A stretch of 64,000 nucleotides of DNA from a virus, in the IMG/VR virus record IMGVR_UViG_3300020193_000005, positions 32,001 to 96,000 of that record. The stretch is one strand, 5' to 3'. The position numbers were made by a program, and so were the translations under genes. Below, in pieces: positions 27,907 to 37,474 of the stretch (position 1 is its first letter; each line of letters opens with the position of its first letter). Below the pieces are notes generated by a model, which had not been told where the DNA came from, searched no databases, and was given only the letters and a program-made list of their open reading frames with translations.

Positions 27907-29992
27907 CGCTATGGGCAACGACGACTGTTGCGGGAGTAGAACTCTCGTCAAGAGGACAATTTCGCCGGCGCTCGCCGTCATGCGAACAAACGTATACGAC
28001 GTGCCGCTGTATTTTTTTCGCAATAGACAGAAAACCGTGGACTACAAGTGTCTGATGACGAAATCCATATCCGAGAGAAGGACGACGAGTCATCAAATCA
28101 GCGTCAAGTCGGGGATAATTTCGTCGGACGACCCGGTCTCCAGGGCGGTTCAAACCGTGGGCGGAATTTTGATTCCGGGGAATATGTCCAGGATCAGGAG
28201 GCCTTTCAGATCCACCATCGGTTCGGCCGTGGTTACGGGACCACGGGGTCTGATTCCGTCCACGGTTTCCAGACTTTCGCCGGGAATGATCCCGAAACCG
28301 GACAGGGGATTTAGGTGTCCGGAGGGTTTTCAATTCGGGGGACAATTCACGGACAAGTACTACTCGACGTGCGGGAAAAAACTCTTTCAGCTAGCCCTGA
28401 CCGTGGGAGCGAATTTCGACAGATACGTAAAGCTGTCCTCCGCGGGCGCCCTGAGAAAATTCAGGATAAACGGATTCGAATTGTCTCCCATCTCCAGGGA
28501 GAGACAAATATCGGCATCGGATCAAATCTCGACCATTCGGAATCCCCAAATTGATATACCCGAAGTCGGCTCGTATAGCGTGTCCAAATTCAGGGAAGCA
28601 TTGCAATCCGTCGTGAAGGATATGACGGACAGGGGAGAGTCCTTGTCCCGCCTGGTGAGAAGGGACGGGTTGGTCCTGGAACCGCTCGTATCCGCCAAAG
28701 TCCTGAGGACGGTTCCGGACAACAAAAGCATGGAGGAATCCGCCTACGTGACGTTCGCTAAAAATCCCGCATACATAGGCGGAGACGAAATGTGGATGTT
28801 CTCCAACAGCGGAGTGAATTCGCTCGTTTACGTACTCCCCAACGGCGGAACCCTGACACTAAGAAAGAAAAGGAATCTATCGAACGGGGAACGAAGGAAG
28901 CTCGGGAGAACGATATCCGACGCCAGGAAAATGACCCTGTCCGACAATCCAGCGATCAGGTTGGAACACGTTTCCTCGGAAATGGACGGACCGATAGCGT
29001 ACGAACAAAATTTTAGCGACATAGATTTTCCCAACGATATGGTGATCGTGTTCGACGCGAAGACCAAAAAACAACGCCAGGTTCGCAAATGGCACAGGGA
29101 CGCATATCTTCTGGATCCGAAAAAGAGAGTGATCTCCGAAAGGTCTACGCAGATAGAGGACGTCGCCGGGATGCAGGACGATCTCGGCGAGGCCGTTTCC
29201 ATGCTGAACGACGGAGGGCAAATCGGAAACATAAGTCCGGAAATACGGATACCGGCTATGGAAAGATCCGGGGTTTTTAGAGCCAGGCGCGCCGGCGACC
29301 GCGCCACGGAGTATTACAACGGTCGGCAAAAACTCGTCGCCATGAGTTCCAGGGTCGAATTCGAGCACATCGGAGCAATGACGACCGCAGAAATACAGTC
29401 GCAATTGGGGGCGGTCGCTCCGTACGTTTGGTTCGCCGGATCGGGGATAAGAAGACCCTACATATATTCGATGCCCGACGGCGACAAGAACGCAACCAGA
29501 ACCTCGAGGGTAAGCGACGAAAGTTTCGCAAACGCGGAAGATATGACTCGACTGATGATCGCCGACATCCTCACCGATTCTCTGTCGAGAAATCCTTCGC
29601 TGATATACACCTCGCAGTTCGACGGAAAAAACAGGACCTATTCGGCGCCTCTTTCGCTGTCGGCGATGTCGGGAATGAACAGGAAGGAAAAAGAGAAGAG
29701 AATATCCGAGACTTCCGCGGAGGTAATGCGCGATCTTCGGGTCTCCATATATTCGGATTACTTCCGTTCGTTGAGGGCAGCTCAAAGAAAAAGATCCCTG
29801 TCGTTGCTGGAGGAACTCCTAGAGAGAGCTAAAATGTTCTCGTTCGCCGATTTTGCGAGAAGAATGGCCATAGACGGAAAAATGTCGGAAGCCGAACGCA
29901 TTCATCTCGAATCGGTGAAAAGACTCTACGAAAATAGGGTTCAACATCTGTACTCGGGCATAAAGACGATCAGGGAGATAATCGGTGAATAA
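27899..29992 (+). CDS. 697-aa protein with an RC..G..FT..C motif and a C-terminal degenerate HipA/PI3K-like kinase fold
   Basis: RCPEGFQFGGQFTDKYYSTC; AEIQSQLGAVAPYV..RLMIADILTDSLSRNPSLI. The ORF is solid; the fold call is tentative. Confidence 0.6.
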   Translation: MSDAMGNDDCCGSRTLVKRTISPALAVMRTNVYDVPLYFFRNRQKTVDYKCLMTKSISERRTTSHQISVKSGIISSDDPVSRAVQTVGGILIPGNMSRIRRPFRSTIGSAVVTGPRGLIPSTVSRLSPGMIPKPDRGFRCPEGFQFGGQFTDKYYSTCGKKLFQLALTVGANFDRYVKLSSAGALRKFRINGFELSPISRERQISASDQISTIRNPQIDIPEVGSYSVSKFREALQSVVKDMTDRGESLSRLVRRDGLVLEPLVSAKVLRTVPDNKSMEESAYVTFAKNPAYIGGDEMWMFSNSGVNSLVYVLPNGGTLTLRKKRNLSNGERRKLGRTISDARKMTLSDNPAIRLEHVSSEMDGPIAYEQNFSDIDFPNDMVIVFDAKTKKQRQVRKWHRDAYLLDPKKRVISERSTQIEDVAGMQDDLGEAVSMLNDGGQIGNISPEIRIPAMERSGVFRARRAGDRATEYYNGRQKLVAMSSRVEFEHIGAMTTAEIQSQLGAVAPYVWFAGSGIRRPYIYSMPDGDKNATRTSRVSDESFANAEDMTRLMIADILTDSLSRNPSLIYTSQFDGKNRTYSAPLSLSAMSGMNRKEKEKRISETSAEVMRDLRVSIYSDYFRSLRAAQRKRSLSLLEELLERAKMFSFADFARRMAIDGKMSEAERIHLESVKRLYENRVQHLYSGIKTIREIIGE

Positions 29993-32900
29993 CGATCTCG
30001 TTTTCGCCCCGATTCGCGACGTCTATACGGATCTGATATTTTCCGTGCTGCTGAGCGACGGAATAAAGTGCAAGGCGATAGGAAACATGAACCAGGGCGA
30101 CGACTGGGCGCGTTGGGCGAACGGGTCGGGCCTGAGTAGTTCGCTAATACTGGATTCGCTCGACTACACGTTACGAGCCGACGAGTTCTCTCCCCTAACG
30201 GAGTCGTCCCTGATCTCCGTCAAGTCGATCCTCACGGCGGACGCATACGACGCGCTTTCCGTTTCGCTGGATGGCATTTCCATCAAGTCTCAACCCGACG
30301 ACGACGAATCGCAAGCCGACGAGGATCTCCCGGAGCCCGAACAGGAGCCCGTTTCCGCCATATCGGTGATCGAGGTGGGGATGTCGTTGTTCGACGCCCA
30401 ATTCAAGAAATTGGCGGTCGACTACAAGGCGAATTATCAGAATACGAAGATAGACGTGTCCTCCTTGGCGCTGAGCGTAAAAGCCACCAAGTCCGTGTGG
30501 GCAAATAAAGCGGACGGCGTCGCTTGGAAATCATTGGTCAGCAACTCCTACTCCGACGATCCTGGCAAATTGATTTACGGAAAGATGTACGGGCGCGGTC
30601 TATCGCGGCGTTTCGCCATGTCCGTAAAAGCGGTTTCCAACATGGATCCGCGAACGGCGAGGGACGCCGATTCGGACAGATTGGTCCTCGAGGGCATTCC
30701 CACAGTGAACTTGGGTAGGGGGGTTCCCGATCCGACCCCGTTCGGTGCAGCGAGGCTCGCCAGAAGAACCAGAAAAAACCGAGATTACGCCGTAGCCGAC
30801 GGTAAAAACAGAAAGCGAAGAATGGAGTCCCGTTTCTCCGCCGAAATCAGGACGGGCGGATTGGATTCAACAGCCGTCGGAGGGCGCGATTACTTAAAAG
30901 ACGACGAATCCGATTCCGGAAAAACGACGTTGAACAGAAGAATGAATCGCAGAACCGCGGGAAGCTCGACGAGCGCGACCGCGAGAGGAACGAGCGCTTC
31001 GTTCGATTCGGGCAATCCGGCCCAGTCGGCGACGCGCTCAACTAGAGGAAGGTTTCCGAAGACTTCCAGGATCATTCAAAAAATAAGGAACAATCCTCCG
31101 GTGAGGAGATTGTCGGAAAACGTTTTCGGGGATCGCAAGATTTCGGGAAAGAAGCCGAGACTCGACAAAAGGACGATGGCCAATCGATCGACCGGGTGGC
31201 TGAATAAACTTTCCGAGAGAATAGCCTCCGCCAGTCCCCCGAAAATGGACACCGGTTCGCCGATAAGGGAAAATAGAAGAAGAAAATCGCCCTTCGCCGG
31301 CGAGAGCGACACCGGTCGGATGAGGCGCGTCGTCTACAGCCAGACGACACCGATGAGGAGTTTGTTCGGATTGAGAAACTCAATGGACGACGATTCCGCC
31401 AACAGAAAGAATCTCTCCGAATATACGCCGACCGAAAGGGCGCTGATACTCGGAGAGGCGAAAAAGGTCAGAAGCGACCTTCTCTCGCAATGGAGATCGC
31501 GTTTGGGTCTATCCGAAGACGCCGACGTACTCGAAGACGGAATTTTGACCTATATCCAGGATCAGGAAGCACGTGGAAAAAACGTCTATCCGCTCCAGGT
31601 TCAGGCACATAATTTGCTGATCCTCGACGAAATGCTCTGGGATGCGGAAACGAAACCCGACAAGAACATGGACAACATGTGGTGGAACCTCAAGGAAAAC
31701 GCTAGAGCCAGAATAGTTTCCGATTCTGGCGTTCTCGTTCCTAGCGCCCAAAAACAGGGGGACAACGATCTTTCCAGGCCACCGGCTCGTCCGGTAAAAA
31801 CCCCGATAACCGCTCCTCCTCCGAAGAGCGCCGACGAAATCGTCAAAACTCAGGTCGCGGCAAACGACAATCCCTGGAAGATGGATAAAAATACGAGAGA
31901 TCAGGTCATGTCGGATCTGGGCGAATGGTTGAAAAACTCTCCGGAATTCCTAACGTTTAGCGATAGGTTCGGCGAAAACGAAACCGAGTGGGACGAATTC
32001 AGCCCGTCGGAACAATCCGCGTTGAAGAGGGAAATGGGATACCGCGAGAATGAATTGGTCAACACCATAAACGAAATAATGACGCCGACGTCTGCGAACC
32101 AAAAGGATTACCGAATCAACGGCAGAATCACCCCGGAATCGTTGAGAAACATGACGAACGATTCCTACGTTTCCCTCAATCCCGGCGGCGCAAATCTCTA
32201 CCCAGACATCAGATCCCTGATCGCCATCATGGATCTTCTGGGGGCTCCGAACTGGGACGTAAAAACCCAGAAAGAAGCGTGGAAGGCGATCGGAAACAGA
32301 AACAGGAATGTCGTGTCGAAGCGCGCCGACATACTCCGGAGAGATTTGAGACGCGGGGGTAGGTACGGCGGCGTCGTCGGAGAGCGAACGCAGGTTACGC
32401 CTAAATCCAGGGCGACGGAGACCGAAAAGCCGGTAGAGCGGCCGGTCGAGCCGGTCACGACCGAACCGACGCAAACCCAGAATCCGTCGGTTCGAGCGAC
32501 GCAGTCGCGTCCGTCCATCAACCTGCCCAGAACCGCTAGAGGGGGCGCCGTAAAAACGGTGACGCTCGTCGACGAGGACGGGAAAGAAATCGTCAAAGAG
32601 GTTTCCGCATTCGGGGATCCCTTCCAATACGACCACGAAGATCAGTACGTTGACCGAAACGGAACTCTTTATTTATACGAAAGGCAGAGCAAGCTCTACA
32701 GAAATCCCGTCACGGGTGAATATCTCGAGAACTATTCGGATCCGGGCATGGAAGTTGACGTCGGCATAGATTCCGAACTAGAGCATCCACCGGTAAACCA
32801 GAGGGTACAAAAGTCGGCGAAAGTCGGGAATGTCGTCTCCTACCCGCAACAAAACGTCGGTGGCAAGCAGCAAAAACCCAGGTTCTTCAGTAAAATTTCG

Positions 32901-35900
32901 AATCTCAGGCTAGCCAGGGACGGGGGGAAAAATTCCGACAAACTAAGCCATTTCCAGGTTTTCGCGACGGCTCTCGGAATTTCCGAATCGGAACTGTTGG
33001 AGAGACTCGGCATGACGGCGGATAGTGGCGGAAAGGTCTTTTATCTTGCGCCTGGCGTTTTGGAAGGTCTGAGCCCGGACACGGCGAGACAAGCCTACGA
33101 AATTATGTTGATGCTAGACGACGAATACATGACGGACGATATGAAAATCGAGGAGTTGACGACCCTCGACGTAATAGACGCAAGCGAGTTGTTCGCCGAC
33201 GGTCGTCGGGCGACGGCGGCCGAGGTGTACGCCTACTACGTCGATCCAGACTTGTTGGATTTGGGTTATTCTGCGGATCCGGGGATTTACGGTCTTGCTC
33301 CCGGAACGGCCAAAGAACGAGTTCTGGCCCACTACATCTCGGGTTCTCTCCTTCTCCCGAGAGACAAAGATCCAAGCTACGGCGACTCCAACTTCGCGGT
33401 GGCGATGCCGGACGGTTCAAAATTGGTCATAGGTCACGACGTCGGTTCTAGAGGCAGCGCGCGAGCCATTCAGTATCCGAAATACCTGAACATGGATCTG
33501 ACGACGAGGCAAATCGTGGTTCCTTTCGATTTATTCCTCGAAGGACAGAGTCGCTTCGTCAACCGATACAACCAAATCGGGGTTCCGCTCATTCCGGGTA
33601 TTCCCGACATCGGAGACGTAAGACTGAGCGTTCCGAAATTGGTCGCCGTTAGGTATCATCCTGCCGGCGTCGCCAGACAGAGGGGCTCGTATTGGAAGGG
33701 ATCCCCGAACGACGAGCCGATGCGCGTCCTGGCCAGGAAGGTGAATAAGGCGATATTAGACGACACGGATTCGGATTGGTTTGAGGCCATAAGAGACGCG
33801 GTGAGGAAGTACAACCAAGCGTCCAACCAAATGCAAACGGCTCTAGCCGAATGGAGAAAAATCAGGGGTAATCGCAGCAGGGTAAAGGGACCGAAACGCT
33901 CATTCATCATGGAACAGGAAAAATTGGAGGCGATCGGAAAAATAATCACCGAAATACTGGCTCCGAACGCGCATAAAGCCCTCAATAGGGTGCGCGGGAC
34001 CAAGTCCGCTACCGCGAAAACGAGGAACCAGGTTCAACGGATGAGGTTCAACAGGTCGTCGAGCGCCGGAGCGAAGAACTCGCCAGATCTGGAAGAACGA
34101 CAACTTTATCCGACTCACGACGAAGCCGGAAATATTATCGTAAGGAGTCCGGAGACGTTGATCGAGTTGTCGAAACTCAACCACACCGAGGGATTTTTGC
34201 CCATGATCAAGCTCGACGTAAAACCAGATAGCGATTACGAGATTTCTCAACTAACCGAAGATCAAATTAGGAGCCTGGCCAGCATAAGGCTCGCCGAGGA
34301 AACGTTGATTGATCCGAGCGACCCGGATTTCGAACTATCGGAAGAATTGAAAATAGAGAGCTCCTCTGAACAGAACGAGGAGAGAGTGGCGAGGGCATCG
34401 GCCAGAAAAAAAATGTCGCAAAAGGTGGCACTGGATCTCGCCGGCTACACCTACAAACCCGTCGCGGCGACTCAGGTTGAATTCATGGAGTTGCTTGCTG
34501 ACGCCGACGAACTTGACCCCGTACCAGAGGATAAATTGCCGACGAATTATCCCTTAGACGCAGACTGGACCGTGCTGCCGATAGTGAGGGGAATAAATCA
34601 CAAAATAGACGTTAGAAAACCAATTAGAGAAAAATTATTTAAATGGTTTTTCGGCGGAAACAAATTTACCGACGAGGCGGCGAAGGAACTTATTGACGGT
34701 CCTTATTTCGTTCCCTCCGGCTACAACGGCGCCGTCGGCGGCGAAGGTTTGAACTTTTATCACGCCAGCGGTGGCGGCTCCGGTGGCTACACTGGCGGGA
34801 AAAACGACAAAGTCATGATGGCCGTGATGCCGAACGCGAGAATTTTCCACCGCGGTTTGTTGAAGTATCTTGCGACGCAAATGACCGTGCTACACCAAAT
34901 GGTGTCAGCGGCGATCTACTCGGACTCCGGCGTTGAGAGAGAATTACCGATAGACGAAGACGCCTGGAACTCGAAAAACTTCGATTTCGCAGATAATCCG
35001 AAGATCTACTCGCATTTCTACTCGCCGTACGGGGGGGCTTACCAAAACTACGAAGTCAGGTACATCGACGACGACGGAAGCATCGCGCAATATACCGTCT
35101 CGGGCTCTCAGGGTTTCGGCGATTCCCTGGATATATCGAACGTTCAGGCACAAGAACAAGAACCCGTTCCGAAGAAACCGAACCAAGAAGACACAAGAAC
35201 GCTCTCCGAGCAGAGATACGATATTTTCAGAAACCTGTGGTTCGGTATTTTCGGGGAAGAACCTTCGGAGAAATACAGGGGCCTCGACTCGAGCGACGCC
35301 AAAACCATGAACGAACTACTGGAAGAAATAATGAAGAAACTCGTCACGGTCGTTCCGGCCCAAGCCCAGGAAAGACGAAAAAGGGGCGATAGTTTGACGC
35401 CGAAGTCGAGGCGCACGGGGATTGCTGACGACGCCCCAAATAGAAGTTTTCCGATTGATCCGAGATTTTTTGACATTGACTTCGTAGCGGAGACGAGCTT
35501 CAATGCCGACTATTACCTAAGTCCGGAAGAGCTTCGCGAATATTCAATTGCGGAATGGGCGAAGAGAACCAGGGCGCAGATGCTGTCGTGGTTCATTCAG
35601 GCGGAGATAGCCAAGGGTGCCGAAATAGCAAAAGCCAGATTGGCTGGCAAAATCCCGTGGAACGAAGAAATAAGGAAGTATGTCGCCTTCCAGGAGGTGC
35701 TGCTAAGACTTGAGGACGAAGTCGTACTGGGAACGATAATAGGAGTCGACGGATACTGGAGCGACGACGACACGGATGAACTGCTCAAACTCACGGAAAC
35801 ACCGGCAATCTCCGAAAGGTCGATTGGGAGAATGTTTGTTCGGAACAATAAAATGATCTTTTCTCCCGTTTACCAAGGGAACTTGGGCGGGCAATTCATG

Positions 35901-36107
35901 CTTTTGAACAGAACCGCCGTCGTCGCCAACGACCGAACGTTATATCCGTCACAGGTCGGAGAATTTTTGCAGTCCCTGAGGAGCGCGTTCGGCAAGCCCG
36001 GTGGTCGAGAACGGTATGCGCCTACGGGGAACATGTTCAATAATTCAGTAAGGTCTACTTCCTGGTGGAAGAGGCTAGGATTGAAGGCGCCCTATGGCCG
36101 ATCCTGA
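29985..36107 (+). CDS. Giant protein E (2040 aa) with the shared leader peptide, a DTGRM site and a possible C-terminal ART-like toxin domain
   Basis: GGAG RBS and GTG start overlapping the previous gene. Leader at 30645. IVRG..GAVGGEGLNFY..IGVDG..MLLNRTAVV. Confidence 0.85.
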   Translation: MNNDLVFAPIRDVYTDLIFSVLLSDGIKCKAIGNMNQGDDWARWANGSGLSSSLILDSLDYTLRADEFSPLTESSLISVKSILTADAYDALSVSLDGISIKSQPDDDESQADEDLPEPEQEPVSAISVIEVGMSLFDAQFKKLAVDYKANYQNTKIDVSSLALSVKATKSVWANKADGVAWKSLVSNSYSDDPGKLIYGKMYGRGLSRRFAMSVKAVSNMDPRTARDADSDRLVLEGIPTVNLGRGVPDPTPFGAARLARRTRKNRDYAVADGKNRKRRMESRFSAEIRTGGLDSTAVGGRDYLKDDESDSGKTTLNRRMNRRTAGSSTSATARGTSASFDSGNPAQSATRSTRGRFPKTSRIIQKIRNNPPVRRLSENVFGDRKISGKKPRLDKRTMANRSTGWLNKLSERIASASPPKMDTGSPIRENRRRKSPFAGESDTGRMRRVVYSQTTPMRSLFGLRNSMDDDSANRKNLSEYTPTERALILGEAKKVRSDLLSQWRSRLGLSEDADVLEDGILTYIQDQEARGKNVYPLQVQAHNLLILDEMLWDAETKPDKNMDNMWWNLKENARARIVSDSGVLVPSAQKQGDNDLSRPPARPVKTPITAPPPKSADEIVKTQVAANDNPWKMDKNTRDQVMSDLGEWLKNSPEFLTFSDRFGENETEWDEFSPSEQSALKREMGYRENELVNTINEIMTPTSANQKDYRINGRITPESLRNMTNDSYVSLNPGGANLYPDIRSLIAIMDLLGAPNWDVKTQKEAWKAIGNRNRNVVSKRADILRRDLRRGGRYGGVVGERTQVTPKSRATETEKPVERPVEPVTTEPTQTQNPSVRATQSRPSINLPRTARGGAVKTVTLVDEDGKEIVKEVSAFGDPFQYDHEDQYVDRNGTLYLYERQSKLYRNPVTGEYLENYSDPGMEVDVGIDSELEHPPVNQRVQKSAKVGNVVSYPQQNVGGKQQKPRFFSKISNLRLARDGGKNSDKLSHFQVFATALGISESELLERLGMTADSGGKVFYLAPGVLEGLSPDTARQAYEIMLMLDDEYMTDDMKIEELTTLDVIDASELFADGRRATAAEVYAYYVDPDLLDLGYSADPGIYGLAPGTAKERVLAHYISGSLLLPRDKDPSYGDSNFAVAMPDGSKLVIGHDVGSRGSARAIQYPKYLNMDLTTRQIVVPFDLFLEGQSRFVNRYNQIGVPLIPGIPDIGDVRLSVPKLVAVRYHPAGVARQRGSYWKGSPNDEPMRVLARKVNKAILDDTDSDWFEAIRDAVRKYNQASNQMQTALAEWRKIRGNRSRVKGPKRSFIMEQEKLEAIGKIITEILAPNAHKALNRVRGTKSATAKTRNQVQRMRFNRSSSAGAKNSPDLEERQLYPTHDEAGNIIVRSPETLIELSKLNHTEGFLPMIKLDVKPDSDYEISQLTEDQIRSLASIRLAEETLIDPSDPDFELSEELKIESSSEQNEERVARASARKKMSQKVALDLAGYTYKPVAATQVEFMELLADADELDPVPEDKLPTNYPLDADWTVLPIVRGINHKIDVRKPIREKLFKWFFGGNKFTDEAAKELIDGPYFVPSGYNGAVGGEGLNFYHASGGGSGGYTGGKNDKVMMAVMPNARIFHRGLLKYLATQMTVLHQMVSAAIYSDSGVERELPIDEDAWNSKNFDFADNPKIYSHFYSPYGGAYQNYEVRYIDDDGSIAQYTVSGSQGFGDSLDISNVQAQEQEPVPKKPNQEDTRTLSEQRYDIFRNLWFGIFGEEPSEKYRGLDSSDAKTMNELLEEIMKKLVTVVPAQAQERRKRGDSLTPKSRRTGIADDAPNRSFPIDPRFFDIDFVAETSFNADYYLSPEELREYSIAEWAKRTRAQMLSWFIQAEIAKGAEIAKARLAGKIPWNEEIRKYVAFQEVLLRLEDEVVLGTIIGVDGYWSDDDTDELLKLTETPAISERSIGRMFVRNNKMIFSPVYQGNLGGQFMLLNRTAVVANDRTLYPSQVGEFLQSLRSAFGKPGGRERYAPTGNMFNNSVRSTSWWKRLGLKAPYGRS
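30645..30746 (+). repeat. Shared 34-aa N-proximal peptide, copy 3
   Basis: DPRTARDADSDRLVLEGIPTVNLGRGVPDPTPFG. Confidence 0.95.
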
Positions 36108-36537
36108 TGAAAATAACCTGACCGCGGAAGAAATTTATTCCATGATCGCCGATTTTGCCGAACTTTCGGAATCGGCGAAATATCCTCCTTTTTCGGTTTC
36201 GCACGTACCGAACCAGTTGCTTGAGGCGTTGAACAGGGAGTTCGAGGACGTCGTGCTCCGCGGAAAGTCCTACGATTCTTTTGACAAAGTGAAGGAGGAA
36301 TTCGCCGAGGGCATCTCCGAGGCCAGGGCTTGGTCCAAATTGTTCGATACTCCGAAGGACGCGGCCATCGAATACCTGAGGAGGAGTTACGAGAAATTGG
36401 GCAGGGATCCGAAGAGCACTCTCGCCATGGCGAGGGGAATGCACGAACGGCTCGGACGAACCTACGATTCCAATAAAATCATTCCACCTCTGGCGGAACA
36501 TATGGGGTTTGGTCAATACGAATCGCAGGACGAATGA
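36094..36537 (+). CDS. Small acidic hypothetical protein (147 aa)
   Basis: Overlaps the end of protein E and the start of the next gene. Confidence 0.75.
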   Translation: MADPDENNLTAEEIYSMIADFAELSESAKYPPFSVSHVPNQLLEALNREFEDVVLRGKSYDSFDKVKEEFAEGISEARAWSKLFDTPKDAAIEYLRRSYEKLGRDPKSTLAMARGMHERLGRTYDSNKIIPPLAEHMGFGQYESQDE

Positions 36538-37397
36538 TGTCCGACGACCCCAACTCGAAAAGACAAGTGGCGAAAATAGCCAGATACATGGGGTGCAGGG
36601 GGGTTCATTTATCCTCCGAAGGAAAATGGCTTCCGTGCGCGGATGCCGAAACCCTGAGAAGACTGAGCACCGCCGCCGAGGACGATTCGTGGATAAAAAA
36701 GTACGAGAAGTCGCTGTTCCTGCTTCCCGGCGGGATCGTGGCCGAAAAAACGGCTTACACCAAACCCAAATTGAGGGAGTCTATAAAGAACAGAATCATG
36801 GCGGGATCGCGCGGCGGAAAACCGGGTCAATGGTCGGCTAGAAAAGCCCAATTGGTGGCCATTGAATACCGTAAGGCCGGCGGCGGATACAGGGGGAAGA
36901 AAACAAAAAAACAAAGATCTCTCTCCAAGTGGACGAAGGAAAAATGGACCACGTCCGACGGCAAGCCGGCGATAAGAAAAGGAGGGACCAGACGGTATCT
37001 ACCGTCCAAGGCGTGGCGCAAGCTGACGCCCGCACAGAAAAGAGCCACCAATCGCAAAAAAATAAGCGGCAGCAGGAAAGGTAGGCAGTTCGTCGCCAAT
37101 ACCGATGCCGCCGCGGAAGCCAGACGATCGGCGACTAAATCTCTGATTTCCCAAATGTCAACCAAATCAATCGTCGTACAGAATTTCTCCGAGCTCAACG
37201 GTCGCGGTTCCAAGAGAAAAAAGAGGGGGAGGCGCTGGGAAAAATTGCACGAAAGGGGTCCTTTCTCCGCCCTCGGAACGCCCGGTCTTGGGATCACCTC
37301 AAGCCCGGGAGTGATCTCGGCATCGCTGACCAAGAGGCTCTACGACGCTAGCGACGACGTCAAAAATTATCTGGATATCAAAAGACGTAGCTACTAA
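36534..37397 (+). CDS. Very basic protein with a GC.G.H..W.PC motif and a DUF5872-like domain
   Basis: YTKPKLRESIKNRIMAGSRGGKPGQWSARKAQLVAIEYRKAGGGY..SLSKWTKEKW..RYLP; ATGA overlap. Confidence 0.75.
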   Translation: MMSDDPNSKRQVAKIARYMGCRGVHLSSEGKWLPCADAETLRRLSTAAEDDSWIKKYEKSLFLLPGGIVAEKTAYTKPKLRESIKNRIMAGSRGGKPGQWSARKAQLVAIEYRKAGGGYRGKKTKKQRSLSKWTKEKWTTSDGKPAIRKGGTRRYLPSKAWRKLTPAQKRATNRKKISGSRKGRQFVANTDAAAEARRSATKSLISQMSTKSIVVQNFSELNGRGSKRKKRGRRWEKLHERGPFSALGTPGLGITSSPGVISASLTKRLYDASDDVKNYLDIKRRSY

Positions 37398-37403
37398 CGC
37401 CAC

Positions 37404-37441
37404 GGATACCGAGGAAAGAGTATCCTTATCGGTACGATAAG
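37404..37441 (+). promoter_or_regulatory. Adjacent inverted repeats upstream of the 6466-aa gene, overlapping a TACGAT -10-like hexamer
   Basis: GGATAC-N10-GTATCC (37404-37425) and CTTATCG-GTA-CGATAAG (37425-37441). Confidence 0.35.
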
Positions 37442-37474
37442 CGCGCCGCGCCGTCGATACACACGGAAGAAACG

